In this document: piece by piece, positions 24,801 through 36,421 of the stretch
Layout: each line of letters opens with the position of its first letter
How positions within the stretch are numbered: position 1 is the stretch's first letter
Assembly: GCA_011109175.1 (NCBI GenBank)
Contig: RDEW01000007.1
Span: forward strand, 743,712-807,711
From: Dicyema japonicum
Lineage: Eukaryota; Animalia; Dicyemida
Length of the DNA stretch: 64,000 nucleotides
Direction of reading: 5' to 3'
Made by a program: the position numbers and the translations under genes
The notes under the pieces: model-generated
Databases searched by the model: none
What the model saw: only the letters and a program-made list of their open reading frames with translations
Told to the model about the DNA's origin: nothing

Positions 24801-26042
24801 GGCTCTGAACTGATATTTCTATAGTCGTATTTTATCGACGCCACGTAAACTCCCAGCTTTCGGGGGACACAAGAACACAGGTAATAATCATCCTCTTCTA
24901 ATTGCACGTTGACCTTAAGAGATCAATAGAGTAAAGTGCTAATCACATAAAATAGCATTTATTAGCTGAATGATAGCAATATTGCTTATATGACACATAA
25001 ATTGAGTCTATCTGTCATGCAATGAACAACTAATCGAACTCTTTGGTAGGCAAACTTACAGTAATTCTAAGCCAAATTCCGTCTCCACCGTCATTTCTAT
25101 GTCAGTGTTGGGTATCGGCTGAGTCACGTGCACCAGTATTTGGTAGACTTCTCCCGTTGCTCCGACCTTGTTGAATCCTTGAATATATATAGGATTTAAC
25201 CGGGGGAACAAACTACAGCCTTGAAGGGAGGCTCAGGTCTCTTTAAAGGAGCTCCTTCTTTGACGGAAGCCTTGCCGAATTGAGCCACGTAAGTCATCAC
25301 GGATTTCTCGTCGACTTTGGAACTGATTATTTCCTCCGGGGTTATCAGCTGTGAGAGTTAAATAGTTTCGTGAAAAGTCACAAAATTAAAAAAATTAATT
25401 TGCGGTTTTATAAAATACCATTGGAACAGACAGCCAGTTCTGTGCAGTCTCCATCGCCTCCGTGGTGTTCTCCAGGATCCGCGATCCGTCCCAATATCGC
25501 CAGTTCGGACAGAGACCCGGCTTGAAGGAATCCACGAGAGATCCGACGATTTTTCCGTCATTCCACTGGGTCGTAAAGTTGGTTATAGGGATCTCCGTCT
25601 TATTCGCGACCCACGTGAGTAATTTTTCCTTGGGAGTCGAATTTTCTTTTGTTTCGAAGACATATTTGTCAAACGAGAGAGAATAATGTAGAATTAAGGC
25701 CCAGATTAGACCGAGGATCAGTTTCAAATTTTGATTCACAATATGACTGCTATCTAATTTTAATTATACACAAAAACCGATGTTAACTAGTTTGATCCCT
25801 TCTAAATGTATTAGGTCGAGAGCCTTGGTAACATTTTCTAGTTTTTGTGAAATGAAGCGGGGATTTTTGTTGTAAGTTCCAACAGATTTGTTTGATAAGG
25901 CTTCAATTAGCTTTATCAACGCGACTCCATTCTCAAAATCTGTTTCCAAATTTTTTATGGAGATGTTGCATTTTTCTAAATGCTTATTAACGAATCTGGT
26001 GAAAGTCTTTGTCTGTATATTTATCCAGGAAGGTTCCTGCAT
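15804..26042 (-). CDS. FLN: Filamin (two CH domains plus many filamin Ig repeats), many mostly 21-27-nt introns
   Basis: CH1 reads WINIQTKTFTRFVNKHL...QKLENV...GIKLVNI|DSSHIVNQNLKLILGLIW. CH2 reads TPKEKLLTWV...NFTTQWNDG. Ig-repeat motifs GSPF, GPSK and YxPxxxGxY recur across 10 kb. The intron after LVNI is 24 nt. Confidence 0.95.
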
Positions 26043-27367
26043 TACACTGGAAAAATTTTATTTAAATATTTTTTTATTTAAATTTAAATGAATTGTTAAC
26101 CATTATAAATATAAATAATATTATTTAAAATTATTTTATTTATAATCTAAATAGTTTTTAATTCGTGTATTACCCTTAAAAGTACTTTTCATTTTTAAGA
26201 TTATTAAATCACATAATATTCAATTATTAATAATTTATCATCATTTTTCTATTAAAAATATTAAATTTAAATTTTAATAATTTAAATTTTGTGATAGATG
26301 ACTTCCTCAAGTTAATTGCTCATTGCATTTACGCACAATCGGTCATTGAATAATTGTCTTACATTCTTAAAACTATTTTTAACCACAAAGGCGGAAATCA
26401 ATAGTTAACCACTTCACTTAACTTTTCAATCAATATAATAAACTTAATATCTAGGTAGGGACAGATTAATGCTTGAAACTGTCGCTGTTGCCTAGCACTG
26501 ATGTGCCTTTAAATGTAAAATCTTATTTAATTTTCTAACCAAAATATTTGATTGTCTGAAAGCAATTAAAATGCCTATTAATTTACGTTGAAGGATTAAT
26601 TAAAACCTTTTTAGATTTTTTAAAATTCTTCATCTGTTTCTCAGCAAAACCAGAGTGAATGTGGTCGGTATTTGAAGTTGAGGAGGATCACCACTAATCA
26701 AAGTTTTTATGGTAGATTGGGGTTCAAGTTATGTGCGGTTTTTATTTGTGACGTATTTGATCTGTGGTTATTTACTTCATGAATATTAGAAGAATGGAGA
26801 CGAAACACCAGATGACTATTTCATGAGAACGATTAGAGAACACATTAACGTGACTCTATTTAAGGCGACGGAAAATACTTTGCTGGTATGAAGAGGTCGT
26901 TAACTTGGCTTGTGAATGAGAATATCACCCTGAGGCAATTGCCATGCTCTGTTTTCTTCAGAATAAAAACATTCTTTCCCGATATGCCCACAATGTTTGT
27001 CAACGTAAAAAACCCGGTGTGAGAAAATGCTAAGCTTTGATTATCCCTGGACACAGCTAAATTGTTCTATGTGTACTTCTGAAACTATAAGGTAGATTGA
27101 GCTTGCATATAAAGCGGATATTTCTGTTTGGCAAAAACATCGAACTGGGGGTTACTTGCTGGACAATTAATGTTCGCCATGGGAACAACTTTATAAATAT
27201 ATGCTATTTGACTATGGATGATTCATAAGGCCAACGTCAGAATTGTCGTAATAATCTGAAATGTCTTAGTAACCTCATTCTTTGAGAAGTACATGGAAAT
27301 ACAATACAATGTATTTGCGTATGCAGTCCGACCTCGACCTGGAAAAAATCGAGATTTTAACTTAAAG

Positions 27368-28378
27368 CAGTGGTGTCAAACTCATTTATTCCGCGGGCCG
27401 GACTATTAAATTTTGATTTAACAGGATATTTGATTCATACTATGATTTTTATAATATTTTGATTTTTTTATAATTTAAAAACATTTAACAACATATTTAT
27501 TAATTTTTATAATTAAAATATGTTCCTGAAACTTGATATTTTTTTTCCTTCATAATAGCGTCAATATTTGGTGTAAAATCCTGAGTTACCGTCAATCTTA
27601 AAATTTCACTTAGATAAGTGTGTGGGTGGGGTGACATTTTTATTGACCTTAAAAAATCAGCAACAATGTCCTCTGTCACACTGTTTAACACTTACAAAAG
27701 ACAGCTATGTATCAAACCAAGATCTTTATGAAGAACGAAGCTATTCCTATTAACAAAGCACTGAAAGTTCTGGGAGTAACCTTTGATCAGGACTTACCTT
27801 CATTCGACATGTTGAAAACAAAGCAACTTCTGCTCTGAAAAAAATGAGAATTTTAAAAGTGCTCTCAAATACACTTAGAGACCAAACTGATGGCTTTACC
27901 AAGATTTATGAACATTTATCCAACCAACGATGACGTATGCAAGGCCCTCATGGGCAATGCAAATTTCACGATCCTCCTCATTGAAACTATCCACAATCGA
28001 GAGACTGCAATAGGATAATTGGAGCAGAGCACAAAATCCAGAAAATTTCTTAATCAAATTACAACGGAAACTCTTAAAGGAGGTTAGTTGACCTAGCTGT
28101 CCATACACTATCAAAATATCCACAATCATACATAAATTTTTAGCCCATGTCATGTCCAATAAGAAACGCTGTTTAGGATTCTCGAACCCACCGGACTCGT
28201 TCTCTCCTTTGTCGGTCTGGGATCACTTAGTTAGATGAGAACTTTTATTTCTTTTTCTTTGACCCAGTGATCTTGGGGGTAATAATAATAATATTTTGTG
28301 TTAAATAATAATTCTATTGCATGCGATTTATTTTAAATACACTTTTAAACTCATGTCACCGTATCTTTGACACCCCTT
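27368..28378 (-). mobile_element. hAT element (SPIN/GTF2IRD2-like remnant) with nested LINE fragment
   Basis: TIRs CAGTGGTGTCAAA and TTTGACACCCCTT, with 8-bp TSD ACTTAAAG at 27360-27367 and 28379-28386. The peptide YLSEILRLTVTQDFTPNIDAIMKEKKYQVS resembles a hAT transposase C-terminus. Confidence 0.85.
27700..28292 (+). mobile_element. LINE 3' fragment nested in the hAT element
   Basis: KVLGVTFDQ is a post-RT motif. The fragment ends in stem GGATCACT/AGTGATCT followed by GGGGG(TAA)n. Confidence 0.7.
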
Positions 28379-28394
28379 ACTTAAAGGTTATAAA

Positions 28395-28718
28395 TAATTA
28401 ATAATAATAAAGCCTTTTCACGAGAGCCATAGTATTTATAGCTCCGCCATAGCAGGACACACACTTTATTAAGTAAAGAACAGTTATTTTAACTAATCGT
28501 AGAACCAAGGAATGATCTTCACTTCTTTTTTCTTTTTCTTGTGTGAGTGTCCTTTCTAGACAATCCAGTTCCGCAGTGAGTATCCACTGATGACGTCGTC
28601 ACTCGTCAAACCCTTTCTGCATCGTAGATGCGTGGAACCTTCCACCAGGTGAACAGCAGCGAGATTCGAACCCGTAGCCTAAGCCACTTAAGCCCGACAC
28701 CTAACCACTAAGCCACCC
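28395..28718 (-). mobile_element. Full-length tRNA-derived SINE (about 320 bp)
   Basis: The minus strand has Pol III A box TGGCTTAGTGG and B box GGTTCGAATC, a body shared with 4156-4361 and 32365-32602, and a (TTA)n tail. Confidence 0.85.
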
Positions 28719-28739
28719 ATAATCATAACTCTATGAAAT

Positions 28740-29400
28740 AATATATAAATAAAACTCTATCGAGAGAGAACAAATTGGATGTCTGAACAACCACTTTATG
28801 GAACTCATTACGCGGATGATGTCGATTTCGTCGCGGAAGACGTTATTTTGGAGAAAGCGAAAACAATTTTGAGTAAATGGTATTGTCCACAATAGCACTT
28901 CAAAATTACAATCTATTCTAAAAAAATAATTAAATTCCTACTAAGATGCAGTTACGCTTATATAAAGGATTTGCTCGATTAGTCTTCTGTACAACGCAGG
29001 TACTTGGGGAGACTCAGACTCATTTCACAGAGGCCAACTAAGAGAACTCCTTGGATACTTTTGGCCAAAGTAAATTTTAAACAATGAATTACACAGACTG
29101 ACTGATTGTGGATCAATAAGTCTGAACGTACTTGAAATCCGCTGGCGCCTTTTTAACATATTCTACGGATGAGTGAACAGACACTATACAATGCCGCCAT
29201 GGAAGAATTTTCCAGCCATACTGAATTTTCTACATTCAGAGGACTCCCAAGAAGTTGTCTGCCCAGGACATTTTCTGAGAATTATGTTGCGATCGGAGGC
29301 CGATTGATGAATGCAGACGATCTTGACGAATTTAAGAGGCGAGCACGACTCGAAAGGGATGGAGATTGCTAACGGCAAAAATAGTCGAAAAAACATGGCA
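28740..29400 (+). mobile_element. RTE-like LINE remnant
   Basis: YADDVDF at about 28809, then EIRWRLF, HILRM, AAM and FRGLPR motifs. Confidence 0.7.
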
Positions 29401-31595
29401 CAAGAGAAACCATAAACAGTGTGGTAATGCGTGTGCTTTCACTTGACTAACTAATAAAACTCAACAAATTTTACTGTGATGTATTGGCAAAAAATGTTCA
29501 ATTCTACTCCCAAATCCAAATTTCATTTTCATGTTTAGCTGCAGTTTTTTCCTAAATGAGTAAAACTCAGAGAATCCGGAGCGATATTTAAAATGGATTC
29601 TTCAAATCATTAATTTGTTTGATAGTTCCATTTATTGTGTAATTTTCTCCAAGAGATCTGACTGGAGTATTTGGTTCTGTGCAAAACTCAAAGTCGGACC
29701 CGGACAAAAGAAGTGTTTGATCGTCAAGAAGGGGATTTTCTTATTCTGTACAAATAGGAACTTAAACCCAAGTGTTGACCTCCAGGGTATACCAAACATT
29801 TGAATATTATAATTAAAAAGTTCCTTAGTTGGGGAAGGAAAAAGCAACCTTGGTCTTCTATGACTCTGAAAGTGATTATTTAAAGAAATAGCCATCATTA
29901 GCTAAATAATTGAAAAATAAAACATAATTTGGGACGTGGTATGATTGATAATTTTTTAGTTTATAATGCTTTAATTGCAAAAAAACCAAATAAATATGAT
30001 TACAAAATTAATTAATTAATTAAAAATTTATTTATTATTATTATTGTATTGAAATTTGAATACGTGGAATGGGTTTGTGCGATTGTGAGCACAGGAAGGT
30101 GACAAATTATTTTTGCTTTGAACACAGACGAAACGTATGCGACAACTGTGTGGTAACAGAACATAAAAAGGTACCTTCAAAGCATCCTTATCTCCCAGTG
30201 TATAGTACATACTTACTCTGATTGGATCAAAGACAGTGATCATGAGGCCATTTGCACAATATGTAGAGAACCTTTTGGTAATAATCAGCTTATACGGCTC
30301 GGTTGTTATGGTAACGTTGCTGATTAAACCCAGATCTGTTTCATACTGGCTGCATCGATAGTTACGGCGAAAACCTACCCACGTGGACTGCCCCGGCTGG
30401 ATACACGTGTCCTCTGTGTTCTCAGCCGATGTTTTCTAGCACTGATAAGTCCATCGTCTACTCAGCGTTTATTTCCATGGTATCTCAGCTGGCTTGGGGA
30501 TCACGTGTGTTGAGTATCGTCCAACAAGTATTATTTATTGACATATTTTGGCAAATGAGGCTGAAAAACCTGTGATTAAGATTCAACTCCCACAAAATGA
30601 GAGAAACAAAAACGTGGGTTCCCGTAGAATGCTTCTTATGAATTATTTGCATATAAAATGTTCATCATGTAGGTTCCATCATTGGAATTTATTCATATTT
30701 ATTACCTTTGTCTTTGTATTTGGTTTGTTGTATTTGTTTTACACAAACTAATTTAATTTATGATGTTATTTTGGGTTTTAGTTTTATTAGGGGTTTGTGG
30801 ATTAGTTTGGGGTGTTTGGTCAGTTTCTGATCTTGATGGTTCGTGATTGAGTGATAGGTTGGTAAGCTTGGTTTAAAAAGGAAGAATTGACGACTGTGTC
30901 CCACTTTAAGATAACAACGTGTTGGAGAGCAATCAGCATTGTAAATTGCTATCAGGTTTGATCTATCATACATGTGCTGTGGGCATAGTCTATCTCTGGG
31001 TAAAGTAGAAGCTGAGATCTATTTTTGGCATAGACCACCAATGCCTCTCCGATTGGGATATTTTTGTTATTTAGGCATTTAACTCTGACGCATATAGATA
31101 ATCCAGAAAATAGCAAGTTTTTATAATTTTAAATATAAAATAATAGCAAAAAATATCACATAAAAATTTCTAACACTGACAATTTATGAATCAAAATAAT
31201 CTTAAATATAATAACGTGAGATTAAGTGGGGATACTCGCACCGTATTATTATTTAACCGCAGTTTTACAATTTTCGGTAAGTCCAGAACAAACAGTCATA
31301 ATTAGGGCGATTTTTTGACTTTTTAAATCCGAAATTTTGACCTAATAATTTAACTTTAAAAATTTTGACCATTTATGTCCTCATGAGCACTGCTGATTAT
31401 TTGAGCGAATCTCGCTCGCCATCATGACAGGAATTAGCCAAGCAGTCAGGGTAGCCGCTATATAACCGTTTACTCTCGTTTACTTCCTTAATAAAAAACT
31501 TGATTTATTAGCCGCGTGGCGCCATGTGGTGCTTCGTGGCTAATTGGTTCAAGTTTATGTTTGATTGTCTGTTCTCCTCTCTCTTCCTACTAGAG

Positions 31596-31830
31596 TGGCG
31601 TCATGTGATCCACTTGTCTAGGTGGCCCCCAGTGCCAGGCCGGCACGAAAAAGGATCATTTGCTTTCCCCCACTCCCACTGGAGAGGTTTCCACAACTGC
31701 AATCATGGACGCCTTTTACCCTTTATGTTGATTCCGGATGGACTCTGTTTCTATGGAAACTGGATACACTTAATTAGTTTTTTACTTTAACTTCTTTCTC
31801 GGTGTATCCGGGTTAATAAATAAATAATAA
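31596..31830 (+). mobile_element. Short non-autonomous derivative of the 2A-LINE family with HDV-like 5' structure
   Basis: It has a GGCGTCATGTGATCCAC leader, ATCATGGACGCC (compare ATCATGGAAGCC at the LINE start 51257), a 3' stem GGATACAC/GTGTATCC, and GGGT followed by a (TAAA)n tail. Confidence 0.6.
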
Positions 31831-32364
31831 AAAGTTTTTTCTGAAAAATTTATTTATAAAAATTTTATTTAATATGAAAAAACTAATCTAAATTTTATCA
31901 AAATATAGAATAATGTAATTAAAAACGCTTTCAGGTTAAAAGTTTTGGTCTTTAGATAATAATTTTAGCAATAAAATTTTTTTCTGAATAGATAGAAGGA
32001 TATTTCTCAAATGGCAGTATTTGCATGGGGAAATATGTTGTTTTTTATATTTTTAATAGAAAAAACTTATTAACAGAATATATAGATTCTAGCCGGGTGG
32101 CATAGTGGTTATGTGTAGGACAAGTTGAATATTTTTAAAAATATGTAAAATGTCTATAAAGTTTGGTTGATTGTTGAAAGCGACAGATTTTTTTACATCG
32201 GAAAGAGCATTTTGTAAAATTTTAAAGTGAGTGATGTATCCTCTTAAATTTTTGTATCAAAAAAAGACATCAGATGTTTTTTTTCCGTCCACAATTATGT
32301 ATCGATGATAAACAATTTGCAGTATTTTATATTTTTAATGACGGACACGACTGTATGGCATAGA

Positions 32365-32602
32365 GGCGGGTGGCATAGTGGTTAGGTGTCAGGCTAAAGT
32401 GACTTAGGTTACGGTGCTGTTCACCTGGTGGAAGGTTCCACGCATTTATGATGCTAAAAAGGCTTGACGAGTACGCCGTCATTAGTGGATATTCACTGCG
32501 GAACTGAATTGTCTAGAAAGGACCCACACACAAGAAAAGAAAGATTAGTTAAAATTAACTGATCTTTACTTAAATAAAGTGTGTGTCCTGCCTATGCTAT
32601 TA
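32365..32602 (+). mobile_element. tRNA-derived SINE copy with internal deletions (B box lost)
   Basis: The head GGGTGGCATAGTGGTTAGGTGTC and body match 28395-28718. An isolated head also occurs at about 32095. Confidence 0.8.
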
Positions 32603-33122
32603 ATATGTCGCGAGAGAGGAGCGCACACCAGAATTTTAAACTAAAAAATTATGGCGACCAATTTTATAAACCCAAGAACAACAACCGCGAACAGATAACA
32701 TGATTTATTCGCAAAACCCCAACTAACTAAACAAGGTGAGAGCCATTAACTAAAGAGGAAAGCCAAGATTTGGGGTCGTCTATATCGGGGCACTCTCATG
32801 AGACACCGTATATCTCTTCTCCGTAAAAAGCCCCAATTACAATGCGAGTTTCCACAAGCAATGTAATAAATCTCCGATTCTTCTCGTTTTTCTTTCGTAT
32901 TCGTCATCAATTTCAGATGCTAAATCCAATCCATGTGCTTCAATTTAGTTTCGTTCATAATTAGAACATCCATCTGGATCGTGCTGGCTATAGCAACCAG
33001 CACTGAGGCCCGTTTGCGAAGAGAACGGGCATAAATCAGGGTTATCCTGACTACTTCTGGTTTTTCGGTGGCTGCCCTCTCTTCTTAAGAGCGCCACTCT
33101 TCTCTCTGCGAAAAAAATATCG

Positions 33123-34178
33123 TTGACTACAAAAATATTCAATAATAAAAGTTGCCTCAAAAGATGTACTGAATTCGTACTTAACGTTTCTCTTGACACC
33201 CCTGGATGGATACAGACTCAATTACCGATATCATTGGGTGGAATCGGTCTTACTACTCCCTGCCAAATTGCTGGCCCGGCGTATTTTGCCTCTAAACTTT
33301 CATGCAAAAACCAAGTGGACTCAATTCTTTCAAAGCTTCCATCTCGGAAACTGTCCAATGACTTGGTTGAATACATGGACGTGTGGCGGAGTGAAGGGCT
33401 TAGCGAGCCGCGTAACCCAGACCAACAATCGTCTTGGATGATCCATAGATGGAATGCTCTGGCATCCAACCTAGTCAGCCGGCTCTCTGGACATCGCCTG
33501 GATTGTTTCCAAAATTCGAGGGAGGCGGTTGATGGATCTTGGCTTGGGGTTTACCCATGTCAAGAAGTTGGTGGATTGTTGGATGATGACTCACTTCGTA
33601 CAGCTGTATGTCTACACCTCGGATTGCCTGTTTGCACCAAATCGAAGTGCAAATGTGGCTGTCTATCGGACGAACTGGGTCTCCACCTCCTCTCATGCCG
33701 GAGCGGAATTGGCAGATCTTCTCGACATTCGGCAATGAACGGCATCATTAAGAGGGCATTAGAATCGGCTGGATTCCGTTGCCGGATCGAACCGACTGGT
33801 CTATTTGACAACGGAAGACGCCCTGACGGCATGACCTCCTTTCCTTTTGAGCGAGGGCGAAACCTTGTATGGGATGTGACCTGTGTCTGCTCTTTCGCCC
33901 CAAGCAAAAAAAATTATTCACCGGGCAGACCTTCTTCTCAAGCAGAGGAAGTAAAAAATGCTAAATATTCGGATATCAGCGACAGGTACATTTTCGCACC
34001 TGTCGCGATTGAAACTTCGGGGAACTTTGGCCCTAAAACGCTGAAGTTCCTGAACCATTTGGGAAAACTACTAACTGACAAAACTGGTGATCTTCGTGAG
34101 ACGAGATGGCTCAAGGAGAGGCTCTCGTTGGCTGTTGTCCGTGGGAATAGCTTGTGCATCTCCCAACAGCTGAATTAA
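33123..34178 (+). mobile_element. 5'-truncated CRE-clade non-LTR retrotransposon, open ORF with CCHC finger and restriction-like endonuclease
   Basis: Motifs QLPISLGGIGL, GSWL, CKCG...HLLSC, RHSAMN, EPTGL, RPDG, VWDVTC, KNAKY and FAPVAIETSG. Confidence 0.9.
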
Positions 34179-34474
34179 AATTAACTAGTGCAAGTTAAAA
34201 AATAACTTAAATAGAAAATAATAAGTTATATCATAAGAAATAACTAAACATGCGGCCTTCGGCCGCTGTTCTTCAGATTGACACTAATTCCCTTTTTTAA
34301 GTCTTTTTTATGAACTTTATATTCTGATACATCCTCAAGATTATTTGATAATTTTTCTTTAATTGTTACTTTTTTTGTTCTTCAGATTGAAACTAATTCC
34401 CTTTTTTAAGTCTTTTTTATGAACTTTATATTATGATACATCCTCAAGATTATTTGATAATTTTTCTTTAATTG

Positions 34475-34702
34475 TTACTTAACGAAAAAACGTTCGCGAC
34501 ATAACTTTTCCAAAATGTTTTGTCCACAATGAGCTTGCCGATGTAAGTCTTCTGCAAGCAAAGTCATAAGAGCATCATTATCAAACGTTATAACCAGCTT
34601 GTGGTTATTAAATTGGTCCTTAAGATATAAAGATCCATCGAGTAGTATAAATAATTCTGCTTTTTTGCTGAGTCTTCGTTTTTTAAAAGCGATCAATATC
34701 AT
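34475..34702 (-). mobile_element. Integrase zinc-binding (HHCC-like) fragment of a Gypsy/Ginger-type element
   Basis: FILLDGSLY...LHRQAHCGQN...RERFF resembles the N-terminal region of retroviral-type integrases. Confidence 0.55.
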
Positions 34703-35149
34703 GATTCGAAGGTGACTCCAATTCTAAGCCTGGTATGTCTTCACCGTCCTTGGATCCNGAAACCTGCTTAGAAAAAAAATGAACCGGGCAGAGGAATTCC
34801 GGTCTGTCATAAAAAAGTGCACTATAATTAAATTCATCTAGAGACGGGGACGTCGCCACTCAAAGAGGACAGCTGGATTGTTCGAGAATTCGAAGAACAT
34901 TGGAGGCCGGAATCACGGATTCATAAATAGAGAAACGATTTTATAAGTTAAAATTGAAAAGGGTATTATGAATTGTTAATACAGAGTGAGAAAAATAATT
35001 ATAAAGGCCCAATATAACAATTCATGAGAGATTCTGACACTTTATAGTCAATTTATAATCAATTATCTCAGTTTTTTTGTTAATTAAAAAGAATTTCTAA
35101 AAAAAATAATATGCAGATTTTTAGAATTTATAAACTTAGTGAACTAGGT

Positions 35150-35344
35150 CAGAGGTCGGCAAAAGCTGGCTCGCGAGTCTTTGGTGCTCTTTAAATTTTA
35201 AGTAGACTCTTTCAATTTTATTATTTTTATTCCTATTTATTTGTTTTTTATATATGATTTTGGTAAAAGGCGGCTTTTCAATATGTCGAAATTTCAAAAA
35301 ATGTCAAAAATTGGCTCTTCTCCAAAAGTATTTTCCGATCCCTG
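35150..35344. mobile_element. hAT MITE (195 bp)
   Basis: TIRs CAGAGGTCGGCAAA and TTTTCCGATCCCTG, with a perfect 8-bp TSD AACTAGGT at 35142-35149 and 35345-35352. Confidence 0.85.
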
Positions 35345-35616
35345 AACTAGGTGAAGGAATCTTATTGATTACCGACCACTTTATTTACTGTTAAATATGC
35401 TAATGCAGCGAAATGGTGGGAGATTTAATGTATTAACACGTTTCTGGCAACCTTTGTTTGCCCACCGGGGTGTACAGATGTGATAACCACGGATTAGAAA
35501 GATTGTCTTCATCATTTTGAAGAGTGGTTGCAATCAGGGAATGTGACTATATTTTTAGTTAATATTTATAATTAATTTTCTCCATAGAAAGAGAGTAGTT
35601 TTAAATAAATATAATA

Positions 35617-36421
35617 CAGTGGGTTTTCATTTTAACGAAAATTTAAAATAATTTTCGTTAAATAAAAATAACGAAAATTCGAATTTATTTATTTTTACAC
35701 ATAAAATCTTTTTTATATCTAGCATGACATTTCGTAATTTACCCATAATTGGTATATATGAAAATGAATTTGAAGAATAAACTTTTCCATAGTCTCAATT
35801 GCGCACATTGCATCAGCGAACCAATTTTCTCTATATCTTCATAATTTTTAATCTCTTGATCTTTATCTTCACAATACGAAACCAATTTTCTTTGTACCCA
35901 AAAATTCGTCATCATTGTTGCTGCAAAATTTTATATGTACAATTTTTCATTTTCATCTGAAACCTGAAAGTCCTCTTAATAGTAGTCATCATTTATCTGC
36001 TTTGCCCAATTGCTAAATGCCTTTTCAAAGCAATTCCTCACTGCCGTTCTTGAAATATCATCCCGAATAATCTTTTATTCTGAATCAACTAGTTTGAAGC
36101 TTCTGATTTTTTCATGAAAATTGATTTTATTAACGTAATATTCCTCATCAGGAGGTTGAGATCATAGGATGACATTTTCGATAAAAAAAGTCAGCATGGC
36201 TTTCATGTAAAAATATAGGATTGACTAATTGTTCGTTTCCTGATATAGTACGAGATTTTATTCCAAATTTATTCTTAAAAGAATTAATCCATGTGCTTGA
36301 AGCTTTAAAATTCGAAAATGGAATTTTTTTGAAATTTTTATTGCCATTTGTTGTAGCATTCCATTTGTAAAAGTATCGCCGAATAAACGAAAATTTTTTC
36401 CGTTAAATTAAAAACGTACTG
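35617..36421 (-). mobile_element. Tigger/pogo-like transposon, internally deleted
   Basis: TA-flanked imperfect TIRs (CAGTGGGTTTTCATTTTAACG and CGTTAAATTAAAAACGTACTG) and a CENP-B-type HTH peptide FKASSTWINSFKNKFGI. Confidence 0.8.

Noticed and set aside
645-26042. Programmed frameshifting or an alternative genetic code suggested by fragmented ORFs
   Set aside because: Nearly all breaks checked resolve as 21-27-nt GT-AG introns under the standard code.
26290-27340. Possible gene divergent from filamin (similarly 3550-4140 and 58110-58600)
   Set aside because: I found no consistent exon chain or recognisable motif by eye. RNA-seq would be needed.
28650-28718. tRNA gene
   Set aside because: A and B boxes are present, but there is no complete cloverleaf and it is fused to a repeated body and tail, so it is a SINE head.
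31620-31655. Hammerhead ribozyme or dicistrovirus IGR IRES
   Set aside because: A stem followed by GAAA is present but CTGANGA is missing, and the IGR SLIV/SLV loops are absent. HDV topology fits better.
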